From positions 4,224,001 to 4,288,000 of the forward strand of contig OZ220741.1 of the NCBI GenBank assembly GCA_965116885.1: 64,000 nt of DNA, read 5' to 3'. This document shows, one piece after another, positions 9,154 through 18,603 of this stretch. Below the pieces are notes generated by a model. That model saw only the letters and a program-made list of their open reading frames with translations. It made no database searches and was not told where the DNA came from. The stretch is from Candidatus Latescibacterota bacterium (GTDB taxonomy: Bacteria; Latescibacterota; UBA2968). Position numbers and translations under genes: made by a program. Positions within the stretch are counted from its first letter, which is position 1. Every line of letters starts with the position of its first letter.

Positions 9154-10827
9154 ATGCCCCAAATGACAGGTGCACGATTTCTCGCAGAAACCGTGCATGG
9201 CCACGGAATAGACACCGTCTTTTTTATGCCCTACATCGCACCCCGAGCATTGATGGAAATGGAAAATCTCGGCATGAAGCGCGTGCAAACCCACGGAGAA
9301 AAAGCCGCCGCGTACATGGCCGATGCGTATGCGCGCGTCAGACGCGGTCCAGGTCTTTGTATGGCCCAATCCGTTGGTGCCGTTAACCTCGCTGCTGGTC
9401 TTCAAGACGCCTATCTTGCCTGCTCGCCAGTTATCGCAATCACAGGCAAAGAAAGCCATGTCAATCAGCTCCGCCATGCCTATCAGGAAGTTGATCACCG
9501 AAACCCGTTTGATGCAGTTACAAAATACACCGCTGATGTCCACGCTGTCGATCTGTTGCCCGTGTATTTGCGGCAGGCTTTTCGATCAGCCACCACAGGC
9601 ACACCCGGTCCCGCACATCTCGATCTGCAAGGTCTAGCCGGTCAAGTCGTCGTTGAAGCCGAAGCCGATTTTGAAGTCGTCATCGAATCTGCCTTTTCCC
9701 AGATTCCACCTTTTCGCCCGACTGCCGAACCCGAATTGATCACCGAAGCCCTCAGCCTTCTTTCTCAAGCCAAAAAGCCGATCATCCTGGCCGGTGGGGG
9801 TGTGACCACATCCGATGCCAGCGCCGAACTCATCGCCCTTGCCGAGAAGCTTTCTATCCCCGTTGCCACATCCCTCAATGCCAAAGCCATGTTTCCCGCC
9901 GATCACGAACTCGCTATCGGCACACCCGGTTCATACTCACGCGCCTGTGCCAATCAGGCCATGTTTGAAACCGATCTGGTTTTCTTCATCGGCAGTCATA
10001 CGGGCGGGCAGGTTACCAATGGGTATAAAGTGCCGCCACAAGGTACGCCCATCATTCAACTCGACATCAATGCCGAAGAATTGGGTCGCAACTATCCCCT
10101 CGCCCTCGGCCTTCAAGGCGACGTGCGAAACACATTGCGCCTCATGATTGATCAGGCCAGCAAAGCAGAGCCTCGCACCCAATGGATCGCCCGCATCCAC
10201 GAACTCGTCAACGCATGGAAAGAAGACATGGCCAAACATGTCAACTCCGACACCGAACCCATGCGTCCCGAACGCCTCTGCAAAGAACTGTCTGACTTTC
10301 TTCCTTCCGATGCCATACTCGTCTCCGACACAGGACACTCCGGCATCTGGACCGGCACCATGCTCGACTTCAAATATCCCACACAATCTTATATCCGCTG
10401 TTCTGGTTCACTCGGCTGGGGTTTCCCCGCAGCCCTCGGTGCCAAATGCGCCGCACCAGACCGTCCCGTCATTTGCTTCACTGGCGATGGGGGCATCTGG
10501 TATCACATGACCGAACTCGACACCGCCATGAAATCCGAAATCAACACCGTCACCGTCATCAACAACAACCATTCGCTGAACCAGGAACAAGGTGGTGTAG
10601 AACGCACCTATGGCGGTCGTACCAAAGGCTCTGACGAACTCTGGCTCTTCCCAGACGCAGACTTTGCCAAAATGGCCGAAGCCATGGGATGCTTTGGCAT
10701 CACCGTCAACAAAATCAGCGAGTTGCAAAGTGCTCTTGAGCAAGCCCTCAACGCAGGCAAACCCGCCGTCGTCGATGTCAAAACCCATCTCGAAGGCATT
10801 GCTGCAAAAGCCTGGATGCCAGCCTAA
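9154..10827 (+). CDS. ThDP-binding enzyme, acetolactate synthase/decarboxylase-like
   Basis: HGEKAAAYMADAYAR, GSLGWG and the ThDP motif GDGG...NN. Confidence 0.9.
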   Translation: MPQMTGARFLAETVHGHGIDTVFFMPYIAPRALMEMENLGMKRVQTHGEKAAAYMADAYARVRRGPGLCMAQSVGAVNLAAGLQDAYLACSPVIAITGKESHVNQLRHAYQEVDHRNPFDAVTKYTADVHAVDLLPVYLRQAFRSATTGTPGPAHLDLQGLAGQVVVEAEADFEVVIESAFSQIPPFRPTAEPELITEALSLLSQAKKPIILAGGGVTTSDASAELIALAEKLSIPVATSLNAKAMFPADHELAIGTPGSYSRACANQAMFETDLVFFIGSHTGGQVTNGYKVPPQGTPIIQLDINAEELGRNYPLALGLQGDVRNTLRLMIDQASKAEPRTQWIARIHELVNAWKEDMAKHVNSDTEPMRPERLCKELSDFLPSDAILVSDTGHSGIWTGTMLDFKYPTQSYIRCSGSLGWGFPAALGAKCAAPDRPVICFTGDGGIWYHMTELDTAMKSEINTVTVINNNHSLNQEQGGVERTYGGRTKGSDELWLFPDADFAKMAEAMGCFGITVNKISELQSALEQALNAGKPAVVDVKTHLEGIAAKAWMPA

Positions 10828-10882
10828 CAGGATATAAGATCGCAGAAAATCACTTCAACATCATTTTTTTGGAGGAGCAACA

Positions 10883-11629
10883 ATGTCAATTGAGCAATTA
10901 CAAGAAAATGGCCTAACCGGTCCTTTTGAGTTGGCAGACAAATCCCTCGTCGATGCCGTATGTGAGGTCGGGATAGAACTACAAGCGCTACAACGCCAGG
11001 AAAATATCGTGCGCCAGTTGGCAGGACAAGAACCCCAATTTAGAACGAAGATCGATAGACACATGGAATTCAAAGTGATGAGAGACCTCTGTCTCGATGA
11101 CAATGTGAAGTCCGTGGTGTCCGAACATTTCGGCAATGATCTTTTTATCTGGGGTAGCGTCTTTCAATTGAAATCTAAAGGCGTGTCAGAAAATATATGG
11201 CACCACGATCGCGCATACGAAAATGACCGCGATCAAGTCAATCTCTATGACACCAGCAATCACTTCTCTATTCTGTTCGCGCTGACCGACATTGGGTACG
11301 GTGCTGGCCGCATCGAATATGTGAAGGGATCTCATCAACCCATTGATGGATGGAACAGAGATATGCGATTTGTAAAAGAAGTGCCAGAACTCGTCCATGA
11401 TAGGATCGGCACACTCACAATGGAAAGAGGCCAGTTCACGGTGTTTCATTCTCAAATCATGCATCGCAGCCTGCCTTTTGAGTATGGCGAGCCAAGAATC
11501 TCATTGGCTGTAAGACTCGCGAGGAAGGGCACACAAATCCCCGATTATTATCCACAAAATCCAAATCCAGCCGCAGAAACACAAGGAATCGCCCGTTTCA
11601 ATCCGTCGGCAACATTTGATTTTAATTAG
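10883..11629 (+). CDS. PhyH-family Fe(II)/2OG dioxygenase
   Basis: WHHD (HxD), VKGSH, MHRS, PRISL. Confidence 0.85.
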   Translation: MSIEQLQENGLTGPFELADKSLVDAVCEVGIELQALQRQENIVRQLAGQEPQFRTKIDRHMEFKVMRDLCLDDNVKSVVSEHFGNDLFIWGSVFQLKSKGVSENIWHHDRAYENDRDQVNLYDTSNHFSILFALTDIGYGAGRIEYVKGSHQPIDGWNRDMRFVKEVPELVHDRIGTLTMERGQFTVFHSQIMHRSLPFEYGEPRISLAVRLARKGTQIPDYYPQNPNPAAETQGIARFNPSATFDFN

Positions 11630-11686
11630 AACCAGCCTCAAGCGCTGAAACCCATGAAATGGGTTATCGTCATCTAAACCAGAAAG

Positions 11687-12841
11687 ATGTCCGTTATGAA
11701 ACACACACGCTCAGACGGTCCAACCGAACTCACCCGCGAGCAAAAACGCGCTTTCTATCGAGATGGGTACATCATCCTCAAAAACATCGTGCCCAAAGAA
11801 CTGACCCAACGTGCCCGGCGGCTGGTCAACATCACCGCAGGTAAAATCCTGAACGGCACAATGGATCCGCCCAAAAGAAGAAACCGTTATGTCGGCAGTG
11901 AAGACGCCATCACAGACCTCATTAATAAAACAGCACTGACCGACATCCTCACCAACACGATGGGGCCATTCGATCCTCCGACACGCGGCTTTTCACCGGT
12001 CCTGTATCCGCGCGAGCCATCCAGAGAAATCGGCAACCACGGTCTGCCCGACGATGAAGTGCCCAATCACGCCTTCTTCCCGCACATTGATGGCCAGTGG
12101 TCTGGAGCCATTCCCAAAACAGCGGACGAAGTAGATGATTGGCACGTGCCCAAAACACCACACTTTGGCGATCGCAGTGCCAATGTGCTCGGGGTAAACG
12201 GTACGCCTTTGTTTCAGAATCCAGATTGCACGCTCTCTCTCGGCAGTTTTACCTGCTTTGCCGTTGTTGTCCTCAGCGATCAATCCAAATTTGGCTATGG
12301 CAACTTTGCCGTCCTTCGGGGTGCTCATCATCACACGGCTGAGTTCTTTCGGCGACAACGCACCGAGGGTGGCGTCATCGGCCCCGAAGGCCATGGTTGG
12401 CCGCGTTTGAAGCGCGTGGGTGACAAGGGTGTTGGTATCAATACGCTGCCAGAATGGATCGCCAATCATTATCGTGAGGGCGCGCAGTACACACCTGATG
12501 GCCTCATGTGGCCTGAGCCTACCCCTGTGCTCGCTGAAGAAGGCGATGCCGTTATTTCGGTTCACGGTATTCCTCATTGCGGTACCCGCAACGATTTGGG
12601 CGCAGACCCACGCATCAGTGCCTACTTTCGATTGCGTCGCCACCGTCCCGGTGGTGCAAAGGTAAGAGGAGACAGTGATCACCCGGACCGCGGTTGGGAA
12701 GGCGAATTTCTCGACTATCCCGAAGGTTATGATCCATGGCAAATTTCTATCGATAAACTGTGTGATCCCTGGAGTGAGTGGGATGGCATGCAGGAAGTCG
12801 TTGCTGAGGCACAAAATTCGGAAGATCAAAGCGATGCTTGA
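11687..12841 (+). CDS. PhyH-like Fe(II)/2OG dioxygenase
   Basis: FYRDGYIILKNIV start, PHIDG (HxD), RGAHH, distal PHCG, PRISAYFR. Confidence 0.75.
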   Translation: MSVMKHTRSDGPTELTREQKRAFYRDGYIILKNIVPKELTQRARRLVNITAGKILNGTMDPPKRRNRYVGSEDAITDLINKTALTDILTNTMGPFDPPTRGFSPVLYPREPSREIGNHGLPDDEVPNHAFFPHIDGQWSGAIPKTADEVDDWHVPKTPHFGDRSANVLGVNGTPLFQNPDCTLSLGSFTCFAVVVLSDQSKFGYGNFAVLRGAHHHTAEFFRRQRTEGGVIGPEGHGWPRLKRVGDKGVGINTLPEWIANHYREGAQYTPDGLMWPEPTPVLAEEGDAVISVHGIPHCGTRNDLGADPRISAYFRLRRHRPGGAKVRGDSDHPDRGWEGEFLDYPEGYDPWQISIDKLCDPWSEWDGMQEVVAEAQNSEDQSDA

Positions 12842-14102
12842 ACTTGGCGTGATCGCAGATGATCTCACAGGTGGGATGATGGTCGCGAGTCTGCTCGAAA
12901 GAGAAGGCGTGCGTTGTCCACTGGTAACATCTGGTGATGCACTCAATACACTCGGCGACGATGCACAAGCTGTGGTCGTTGGCCGAAAACTCCTGATCCA
13001 ACCCCCTGACGATGCCCGTGCCGATGCAAAACGCACGGCTGAAGCGCTGCTCGCCAAAGGTACGAAACAGATATACTACAAATACAGTGCGCTCTTTTCA
13101 TCTACAGCACGTGGCAATATCGGGCCTGTGGCAGAAACGTTGATGGACTTGACCCAGGCCGACCACGTATTTTTTTGTCCCATCTGGAAAAACACAACAA
13201 TCTATCAGGGGCGGTTGTTTCTCGGGTCAATCATGCTGCACGAATCACCGAGACGCAATGATCCTGTAACACCGATGACCAATTCCAATCTTGTTGAAGT
13301 ACTACAGAAACAAAGTCAGGTCAAGGTTGGTCTTTTGCCATATCAAATTGTGGCGTCCGGAACAGACGCTTGCGAGAACTACATTTCAGAGCAGAAGGCC
13401 CTGGGCGTAAAGTTTTTTATTGTTGACGTGATTGATGAGTCGAATCTCGAGCAATTGGCAACACTGTCCAGGGATTTGCCGTTGAGCACTGGCGCAGACC
13501 TACTCCCTGTGATGCTTGCGCGCAACTGGCAGAGGGACAAAAAGAGCCAACCGAAAACATTACTGCCGCCTGCACCTGGTTGTGAAGCCGTTATTTCTGG
13601 GAGTTGCACGGGAAAATCAGTCCGGCAACTTGCGCATTTCGAGCAAACGCATCCGGTGTTTCGCATTGACCTTTTAGAAGCAGCTCAAGACGCCAACATG
13701 GTTGACCGCATTGTCGAATGGGCAAAAGACCGATTGGAAAAAGGGCCTGTAGGTGTGGGTACCTCAACGGATCCTGAAGGCGTAAAAAGAGCCCAGGCGG
13801 AACTCGGGCGAGAAGGCGCTGCAACACTTGCCGATAAGCTTCTGTCCAGTGTTGCCCAGCATTTCTATCAGCACGGTGTACGCAAATTTGTTGTGATGGG
13901 AGGAGAAACGTCAGGGGCCGTCATGGCATCTTTAGGTATAGAGCAAGTTTCGGTGGCGACATTCGACGTTCTCAACGGTGGTTATTGTCATAGTGCAGGG
14001 CGCGATCCATTGTCGTTGGTACTGAAAGCGGGCGGTGTTGGTGAAGACAACTTTATTCATACCGCCCTGGAGCAGATGCGTGAAGCAGACAAAAATCAAT
14101 AA
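12834..14102 (+). CDS. Four-carbon acid sugar kinase family protein (3-oxo-tetronate kinase OtnK-like, DUF1537)
   Basis: LGVIADDLTGG, YYKYSALFSSTARGNIG, SGSC, GGETSG, LKAGG. Start moved to ATG 12834, overlapping the upstream stop. Confidence 0.85.
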   Translation: MLELGVIADDLTGGMMVASLLEREGVRCPLVTSGDALNTLGDDAQAVVVGRKLLIQPPDDARADAKRTAEALLAKGTKQIYYKYSALFSSTARGNIGPVAETLMDLTQADHVFFCPIWKNTTIYQGRLFLGSIMLHESPRRNDPVTPMTNSNLVEVLQKQSQVKVGLLPYQIVASGTDACENYISEQKALGVKFFIVDVIDESNLEQLATLSRDLPLSTGADLLPVMLARNWQRDKKSQPKTLLPPAPGCEAVISGSCTGKSVRQLAHFEQTHPVFRIDLLEAAQDANMVDRIVEWAKDRLEKGPVGVGTSTDPEGVKRAQAELGREGAATLADKLLSSVAQHFYQHGVRKFVVMGGETSGAVMASLGIEQVSVATFDVLNGGYCHSAGRDPLSLVLKAGGVGEDNFIHTALEQMREADKNQ

Positions 14103-14112
14103 AGGAATACAT

Positions 14113-14772
14113 ATGGAAGATGATCCCGTTTATGAAATGGCCTTACGCGAGCAATTGGTTTTTTATTATAAAAAAGTTGGAGAGCTTGGCTTAAACGAAA
14201 TGTCCTCTGGCAATCTGAGCGTCCGATTTGGCGACAAAATGCTCATCTCTCCCAACCGTGCAACCGCAGACAATATTACCACAGAAACGATTGTCAAAGC
14301 CACCTTCGACGGTGAGTATGCAGGCGACCGCAAACCCTCTTCGGAATCGCCCATGCATGGTGCCATCTATAAAAAGCACCCCGAAGCCGGAGCAGTGGTT
14401 CACACCCACTCCGATTACTGCGTTGCGGTATCGTGCCATGTGATGACCCTACCGGGCTTTCACTACCTCATGGGGGTGTTCGGCGGTAACGATGTGCCCT
14501 GTGTCCCTTATTCCACATTTGGCAGCCAATCGCTTGCCGAAGACGCATCCGAAGCGCTCTATGACCGCACGGCGTGTCTCCTCGGAAACCACGGCATGGT
14601 CTGCCACGGACCAACCTTAAAACGCGCTGTCAACCAGGCCCATCGTCTGGAAATCATGTGCCGACAATACGTGCTTTCCCGTCAGCTTGGCGAACCAAAA
14701 TATCTGACCGATGACGATTGGTACGCGTTTCACAACAGAGGCGTGGAAAACCAATACGGCAAAAACGGTTAA
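14113..14772 (+). CDS. Class II aldolase/adducin family (FucA/OtnC-like)
   Basis: SGNLS, PSSE..MH, VVHTHS and NHG zinc-ligand motifs; AAGGA RBS before ATG 14113. Confidence 0.88.
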   Translation: MEDDPVYEMALREQLVFYYKKVGELGLNEMSSGNLSVRFGDKMLISPNRATADNITTETIVKATFDGEYAGDRKPSSESPMHGAIYKKHPEAGAVVHTHSDYCVAVSCHVMTLPGFHYLMGVFGGNDVPCVPYSTFGSQSLAEDASEALYDRTACLLGNHGMVCHGPTLKRAVNQAHRLEIMCRQYVLSRQLGEPKYLTDDDWYAFHNRGVENQYGKNG

Positions 14773-14805
14773 TAGAGAACGCATCCGTTGTGTGTATCAC
14801 CAGCA

Positions 14806-15573
14806 TTACACGCCCGTGGTCAAGAGACCGCCATCCACGGGTAGGGAGGCTCCGGTAATATTGCCTGCCGCTGGCGAGCAGAGAAAGGCAACTGCTCGTC
14901 CGATGTCCTCGGGGGTGCCGCGGCGCTCCAGGGGGATATTGGTTTTGAGTTCATCGGACACACTGCCCACAGACGGAGCCTGAGTGCCAAAAATATGGGT
15001 CACGTCCATATACCCCGGCATCACGGCGTTGCAGCGGATATTGTGGGGACCTAAGTCCACAGCCATGCTCTCGGTGAGGCGCAGCACACCGGCTTTGGCT
15101 ACGCCGTAGGCCGTATCGTCGGGCCAGGCGCGATAGGCATGGACTGAAGAAGTACTGACAATGCAGCCACCCTCGCCCTGTTGTACCATGATGCGGGCGG
15201 CCTGTTGGCTGCAAAGAAAAAAGCCTTTGAGACACACGTCCAGGGTCAAATCCCAGTTTTCTTCGGTGATTTCGAGGAAGGTAGCCCCGCTTCCGGCATA
15301 GGGGTTGTTAACCAGGATATCGAGGCGGTTAAAACGGGCGATGAAGGCGGTGAACATCGCTTCTACCTGTGCTCGGTCGGATATATCAGCCTGAAAGAAG
15401 TCGGCTTCTCGCCCCTGGTCCCGGATCAGTTCCAGGGTCCTGTCGGCATCGGCATCTCGTTCCAGATCATTGATGCCCACATCACAGCCTGCCTGAGCCA
15501 GAGCAAGGGCAATGCCGCGACCGATATTGCGGCGTCCACCAGTGACGAGAGCTTTTTTTCCATCGAGTGACAT
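14806..15573 (-). CDS. Short-chain dehydrogenase/reductase (SDR)
   Basis: TGGRRNIG, LVNN, YGVAK (YxxxK), VDGG; start chosen by AAGGGAGA RBS. Confidence 0.9.
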   Translation of the reverse strand: MSLDGKKALVTGGRRNIGRGIALALAQAGCDVGINDLERDADADRTLELIRDQGREADFFQADISDRAQVEAMFTAFIARFNRLDILVNNPYAGSGATFLEITEENWDLTLDVCLKGFFLCSQQAARIMVQQGEGGCIVSTSSVHAYRAWPDDTAYGVAKAGVLRLTESMAVDLGPHNIRCNAVMPGYMDVTHIFGTQAPSVGSVSDELKTNIPLERRGTPEDIGRAVAFLCSPAAGNITGASLPVDGGLLTTGV

Positions 15574-15791
15574 AGTGCGATCTCCCTTTTGGTGTAGTAG
15601 TGCAAGATTGTTATATTTCAATATACGCCAAAAACCGTGTGATGCGATAGAGAAAGCCAGGCTACACCAAACCCCGTGTATCGTCTTAAAAATTGCTTTC
15701 GGCGATGAGGTATGTTATCATTACTATTCCCCTGATTACCGGGGATAAAGCGTCCTGTCTTGCTTTCACGTCTGGGAACTCGCGTTTTGTT

Positions 15792-16268
15792 ATGACCAAA
15801 GAAATTGAACGGAAGTTTTGTGTGCGAAAGATGCCGGATCTGACGGCTTGTATAGGAGTAGAAATCTCACAGGGCTATATTTCAGTAGGCGAGAATGGTC
15901 CAGAGGTCCGCTTGCGTCACAAAGGCGACCGATTTTATCAGACTGTGAAACAGGGCAAGGGTGTGCAACGGACGGAAGTTGAGGTGGAATTGAGCCGAGC
16001 GCAATTTGATAACCTCTGGCCTTTGACTGCGGGCAGGCGGGTCGAAAAAGTGCGTTATGAGATAGCCGAAGGAATATGGACAATTGAGCTGGATGTGTAC
16101 TGCGGCCGCCTGAAGGGCCTGGTAGTGGCCGAGGTTGAGTTTGAGACCTTAGATGAAAGTTCAAGTTTTGTCCCGCCCCCCTGGTTCGGACGAGAGGTGA
16201 CAGATGATAGTCATTATAAAAATGCCTATCTGGCATTGATGGGAATTTCAAATGATCACGCGCAGTGA
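15792..16268 (+). CDS. CYTH domain protein (triphosphate tunnel metalloenzyme)
   Basis: KEIERKF (ExExK), QGY, KVRY, AEVEF, PPWFGREVT motifs. Confidence 0.9.
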   Translation: MTKEIERKFCVRKMPDLTACIGVEISQGYISVGENGPEVRLRHKGDRFYQTVKQGKGVQRTEVEVELSRAQFDNLWPLTAGRRVEKVRYEIAEGIWTIELDVYCGRLKGLVVAEVEFETLDESSSFVPPPWFGREVTDDSHYKNAYLALMGISNDHAQ

Positions 16269-17775
16269 AACTTATGTCTTACGCGAGTCTGCTGGTCCGG
16301 ACCTAATAGAAACACTTGGGCTTGAATACAGTAAATCTCTGCCTGAGAAAGAGGAAATTATTCAGTATTACGATACATTTGACTGGCGCTTGTATCAGAA
16401 GGGACTCGCGCTGATACAGGCGGGAAATGCGGTGTATTTACAGCGAATTTCAGATGGTGCATACCCGCACGATCAGATCGAAATGAAACAACATCTGGAA
16501 GGTCGCTTCTGGTGGATGTTTCCAGAGGGCGAGTTGCGCGACACATTGCGGAGTGCGCTCTCAGTTCGGGCGCTGTTACTTCAAGCACAGGTGAGGCAGA
16601 AGGTTTGCGGATTTGGCGTTTTAAATGCAGATGAAAAGACAGTCGTTCGGTTATTTTTCACGCATACCAGCACGGAAAAAGGACACGTTGCGACTTTGAC
16701 ATTGCGAAGTGTGCGGGGATATGAGCGCGATTTTGAGAATTTGCGCCGTCGTTTTATGAAATTGGATGTTGCACATGTGGCAGAGGATGTATTTGAGCGC
16801 GTGATGAATCTCGCGGGGTGCGTGCCGGGCGATTATTCTTCAAAGCTGAATCTCGACCTGAATCGCGAGGCGAGTGGGCGTGAAGCAACATGTGAGATTT
16901 TGAAATGCCTGCACGATGTGATGCGCCAAAATGAAACGGGCATTCGCTCGGATTGGGATACGGAATTTTTGCACGATTTTCGGGTTGCGATTCGGCGCAC
17001 GCGGTCGGCGCTGAGTCAAATCAAAGGCGTTTTGCCCGAAGATGCTGTAGAACATTTTAAGGATGAGTTCCGGCAATTGGGCAGATCAACCAATCGGTTG
17101 CGCGATCTGGATGTGTATTTGCTCGATGAAGAGACTTATCGCGCGATGTTACCCCGGTCGCTACAACCCGGCCTGGACGCCGTGTTCTCGCGCTTAAAAA
17201 GCGAGCGTCGGCGTGCTCTTAAAGACATGGTGCAGGTTCTCGATACTCCTGAATATCGGGACCTGATGGATTCATGGGCGGCTTTTTTGCAGGGCGAACA
17301 GTATCGGGGAGGGAAGGACGCCGCTGTACCTGCTATAGTCCTTGCGCGAAAATTTATTTTTAAACGCTTTAAGCAGGTACTCAAAAGGGGCAAGGCGATC
17401 GGAGACCATACGCCCGACGAGGCATTACACAATTTGAGAATCGACTGCAAGAAATTGCGGTACTTGTTAGAATTTTTCGCTTCGTTTTTTCCCAAAGACA
17501 AGATGGATAAACTCATCGGGTATATGAAGAAATTGCAGGATAATCTGGGAGATTTTAACGATTTATCGGTACAACAGGGGGAATTGACGACCTACTTGAA
17601 CGAGGTATTGCCCCGCAGCCGGCGTGCGGACCGCCTGCTTTGTACTGCGGCTATTGGCGGGCTTATTGCGCGTTTGCACGACCAGCAACAAGGCGTTCGG
17701 CGCAAATTTGCCAGTGCTTTCACCACATTTTCGGGAAAGAAAAACGCTCGGTTGTACCGCGATTTATTTAGATAG
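16252..17775 (+). CDS. CHAD domain (polyphosphate-binding) protein with N-terminal CYTH-like region
   Basis: YYDTFDWRL, LHDFRVAIRRTRS, RDLDV, LHNLRIDCKKLRY, LQDNLGDFND. Confidence 0.9.
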   Translation: MITRSETYVLRESAGPDLIETLGLEYSKSLPEKEEIIQYYDTFDWRLYQKGLALIQAGNAVYLQRISDGAYPHDQIEMKQHLEGRFWWMFPEGELRDTLRSALSVRALLLQAQVRQKVCGFGVLNADEKTVVRLFFTHTSTEKGHVATLTLRSVRGYERDFENLRRRFMKLDVAHVAEDVFERVMNLAGCVPGDYSSKLNLDLNREASGREATCEILKCLHDVMRQNETGIRSDWDTEFLHDFRVAIRRTRSALSQIKGVLPEDAVEHFKDEFRQLGRSTNRLRDLDVYLLDEETYRAMLPRSLQPGLDAVFSRLKSERRRALKDMVQVLDTPEYRDLMDSWAAFLQGEQYRGGKDAAVPAIVLARKFIFKRFKQVLKRGKAIGDHTPDEALHNLRIDCKKLRYLLEFFASFFPKDKMDKLIGYMKKLQDNLGDFNDLSVQQGELTTYLNEVLPRSRRADRLLCTAAIGGLIARLHDQQQGVRRKFASAFTTFSGKKNARLYRDLFR

Positions 17776-17784
17776 GGAACGAAT

Positions 17785-18525
17785 GTGAGTATCTTTGCGT
17801 TGTACAGCATGAAAGGTGGCGTAGGGAAGACCGCCACGGCCGTAAATCTGGCTTATGAAGCGGTTCGCTCTGGTGCGAGTGCATTGCTGTGCGATTTAGA
17901 CCCTCAAGGGGCTGCGGCTTTTTATTTTCGCATTCGAGCAAAAAAAAAGTTTGGACGCAAGCGTTTCTTGAAGGGCGGCAAGCATTTAGAGAATAATATT
18001 CGGGGGACGGACTTTGAAGATCTGGACTTATTGCCTTCGGCCATGTCTTTTCGCAATATGGATTTGGGGTTGGACGAGCGGGCAAAAAACAAAAGCTATT
18101 TAAAGCGTCTGTTGACGCCGATGCGAAAAGAGTACGATTATATTTTTTTAGATTGCCCGCCCAACCTGACGCTCCTTGCCGAGCATGTTTTCAGGGCGGC
18201 TGATTATGTGGTTGTTCCGTGTATTCCGACAACTCTGTCGATGTTGACACATCAAAAGCTGGTAGAGTTCTTTAAAAAAAATAAATTGAAGCGGAAAAAA
18301 ATGGTGTCGTTTTTTTCAATGGTTGAACAGCGCAAGACAATGCACAGGGAAATGATCGCACAGGTGGGCGAGCGCGAGGGAAAATTTCTGAACGCGCAAA
18401 TTCCCTACACGACGGATGTGGAGCGAATGGGATGGGCGAGACAACCCGTAGCATGCTTCAAGTCGCGTTCAAAGGCAACTCAGGCGTATCGAGCATTGTG
18501 GACAGAATTGCAAATGCTTGAATAA
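17785..18525 (+). CDS. ParA/Soj-family ATPase
   Basis: Deviant Walker A KGGVGKT, DLDPQG, DCPP. Confidence 0.9.
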   Translation: MSIFALYSMKGGVGKTATAVNLAYEAVRSGASALLCDLDPQGAAAFYFRIRAKKKFGRKRFLKGGKHLENNIRGTDFEDLDLLPSAMSFRNMDLGLDERAKNKSYLKRLLTPMRKEYDYIFLDCPPNLTLLAEHVFRAADYVVVPCIPTTLSMLTHQKLVEFFKKNKLKRKKMVSFFSMVEQRKTMHREMIAQVGEREGKFLNAQIPYTTDVERMGWARQPVACFKSRSKATQAYRALWTELQMLE

Positions 18526-18554
18526 GTGATGTGCAACAGCAATGTCTAAAAATA

Positions 18555-18592
18555 ACCAACCCCCCGATAAACTTGTCGGGGGGTTGGTGTTT
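18555..18592. terminator. Bidirectional intrinsic terminator between parA-like gene and tonB
   Basis: ACCAACCCCCCGA-taaacttg-TCGGGGGGTTGGT 13-bp stem between convergent genes. Confidence 0.75.
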
Positions 18593-18603
18593 GCGTTCGT
18601 AAA

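Noticed and set aside
9154..10827. Calling the ThDP enzyme ilvB or xsc
   Set aside because: No regulatory subunit or ilv context, and motifs do not discriminate the subfamily.
11993..13057. 354-aa minus-strand ORF
   Set aside because: Lies fully opposite two well-supported plus-strand genes; no motifs.
17785..18525. ParA as chromosome or plasmid partitioning evidence
   Set aside because: No parB, parS or rep gene nearby; it is coupled to CYTH/CHAD genes instead.
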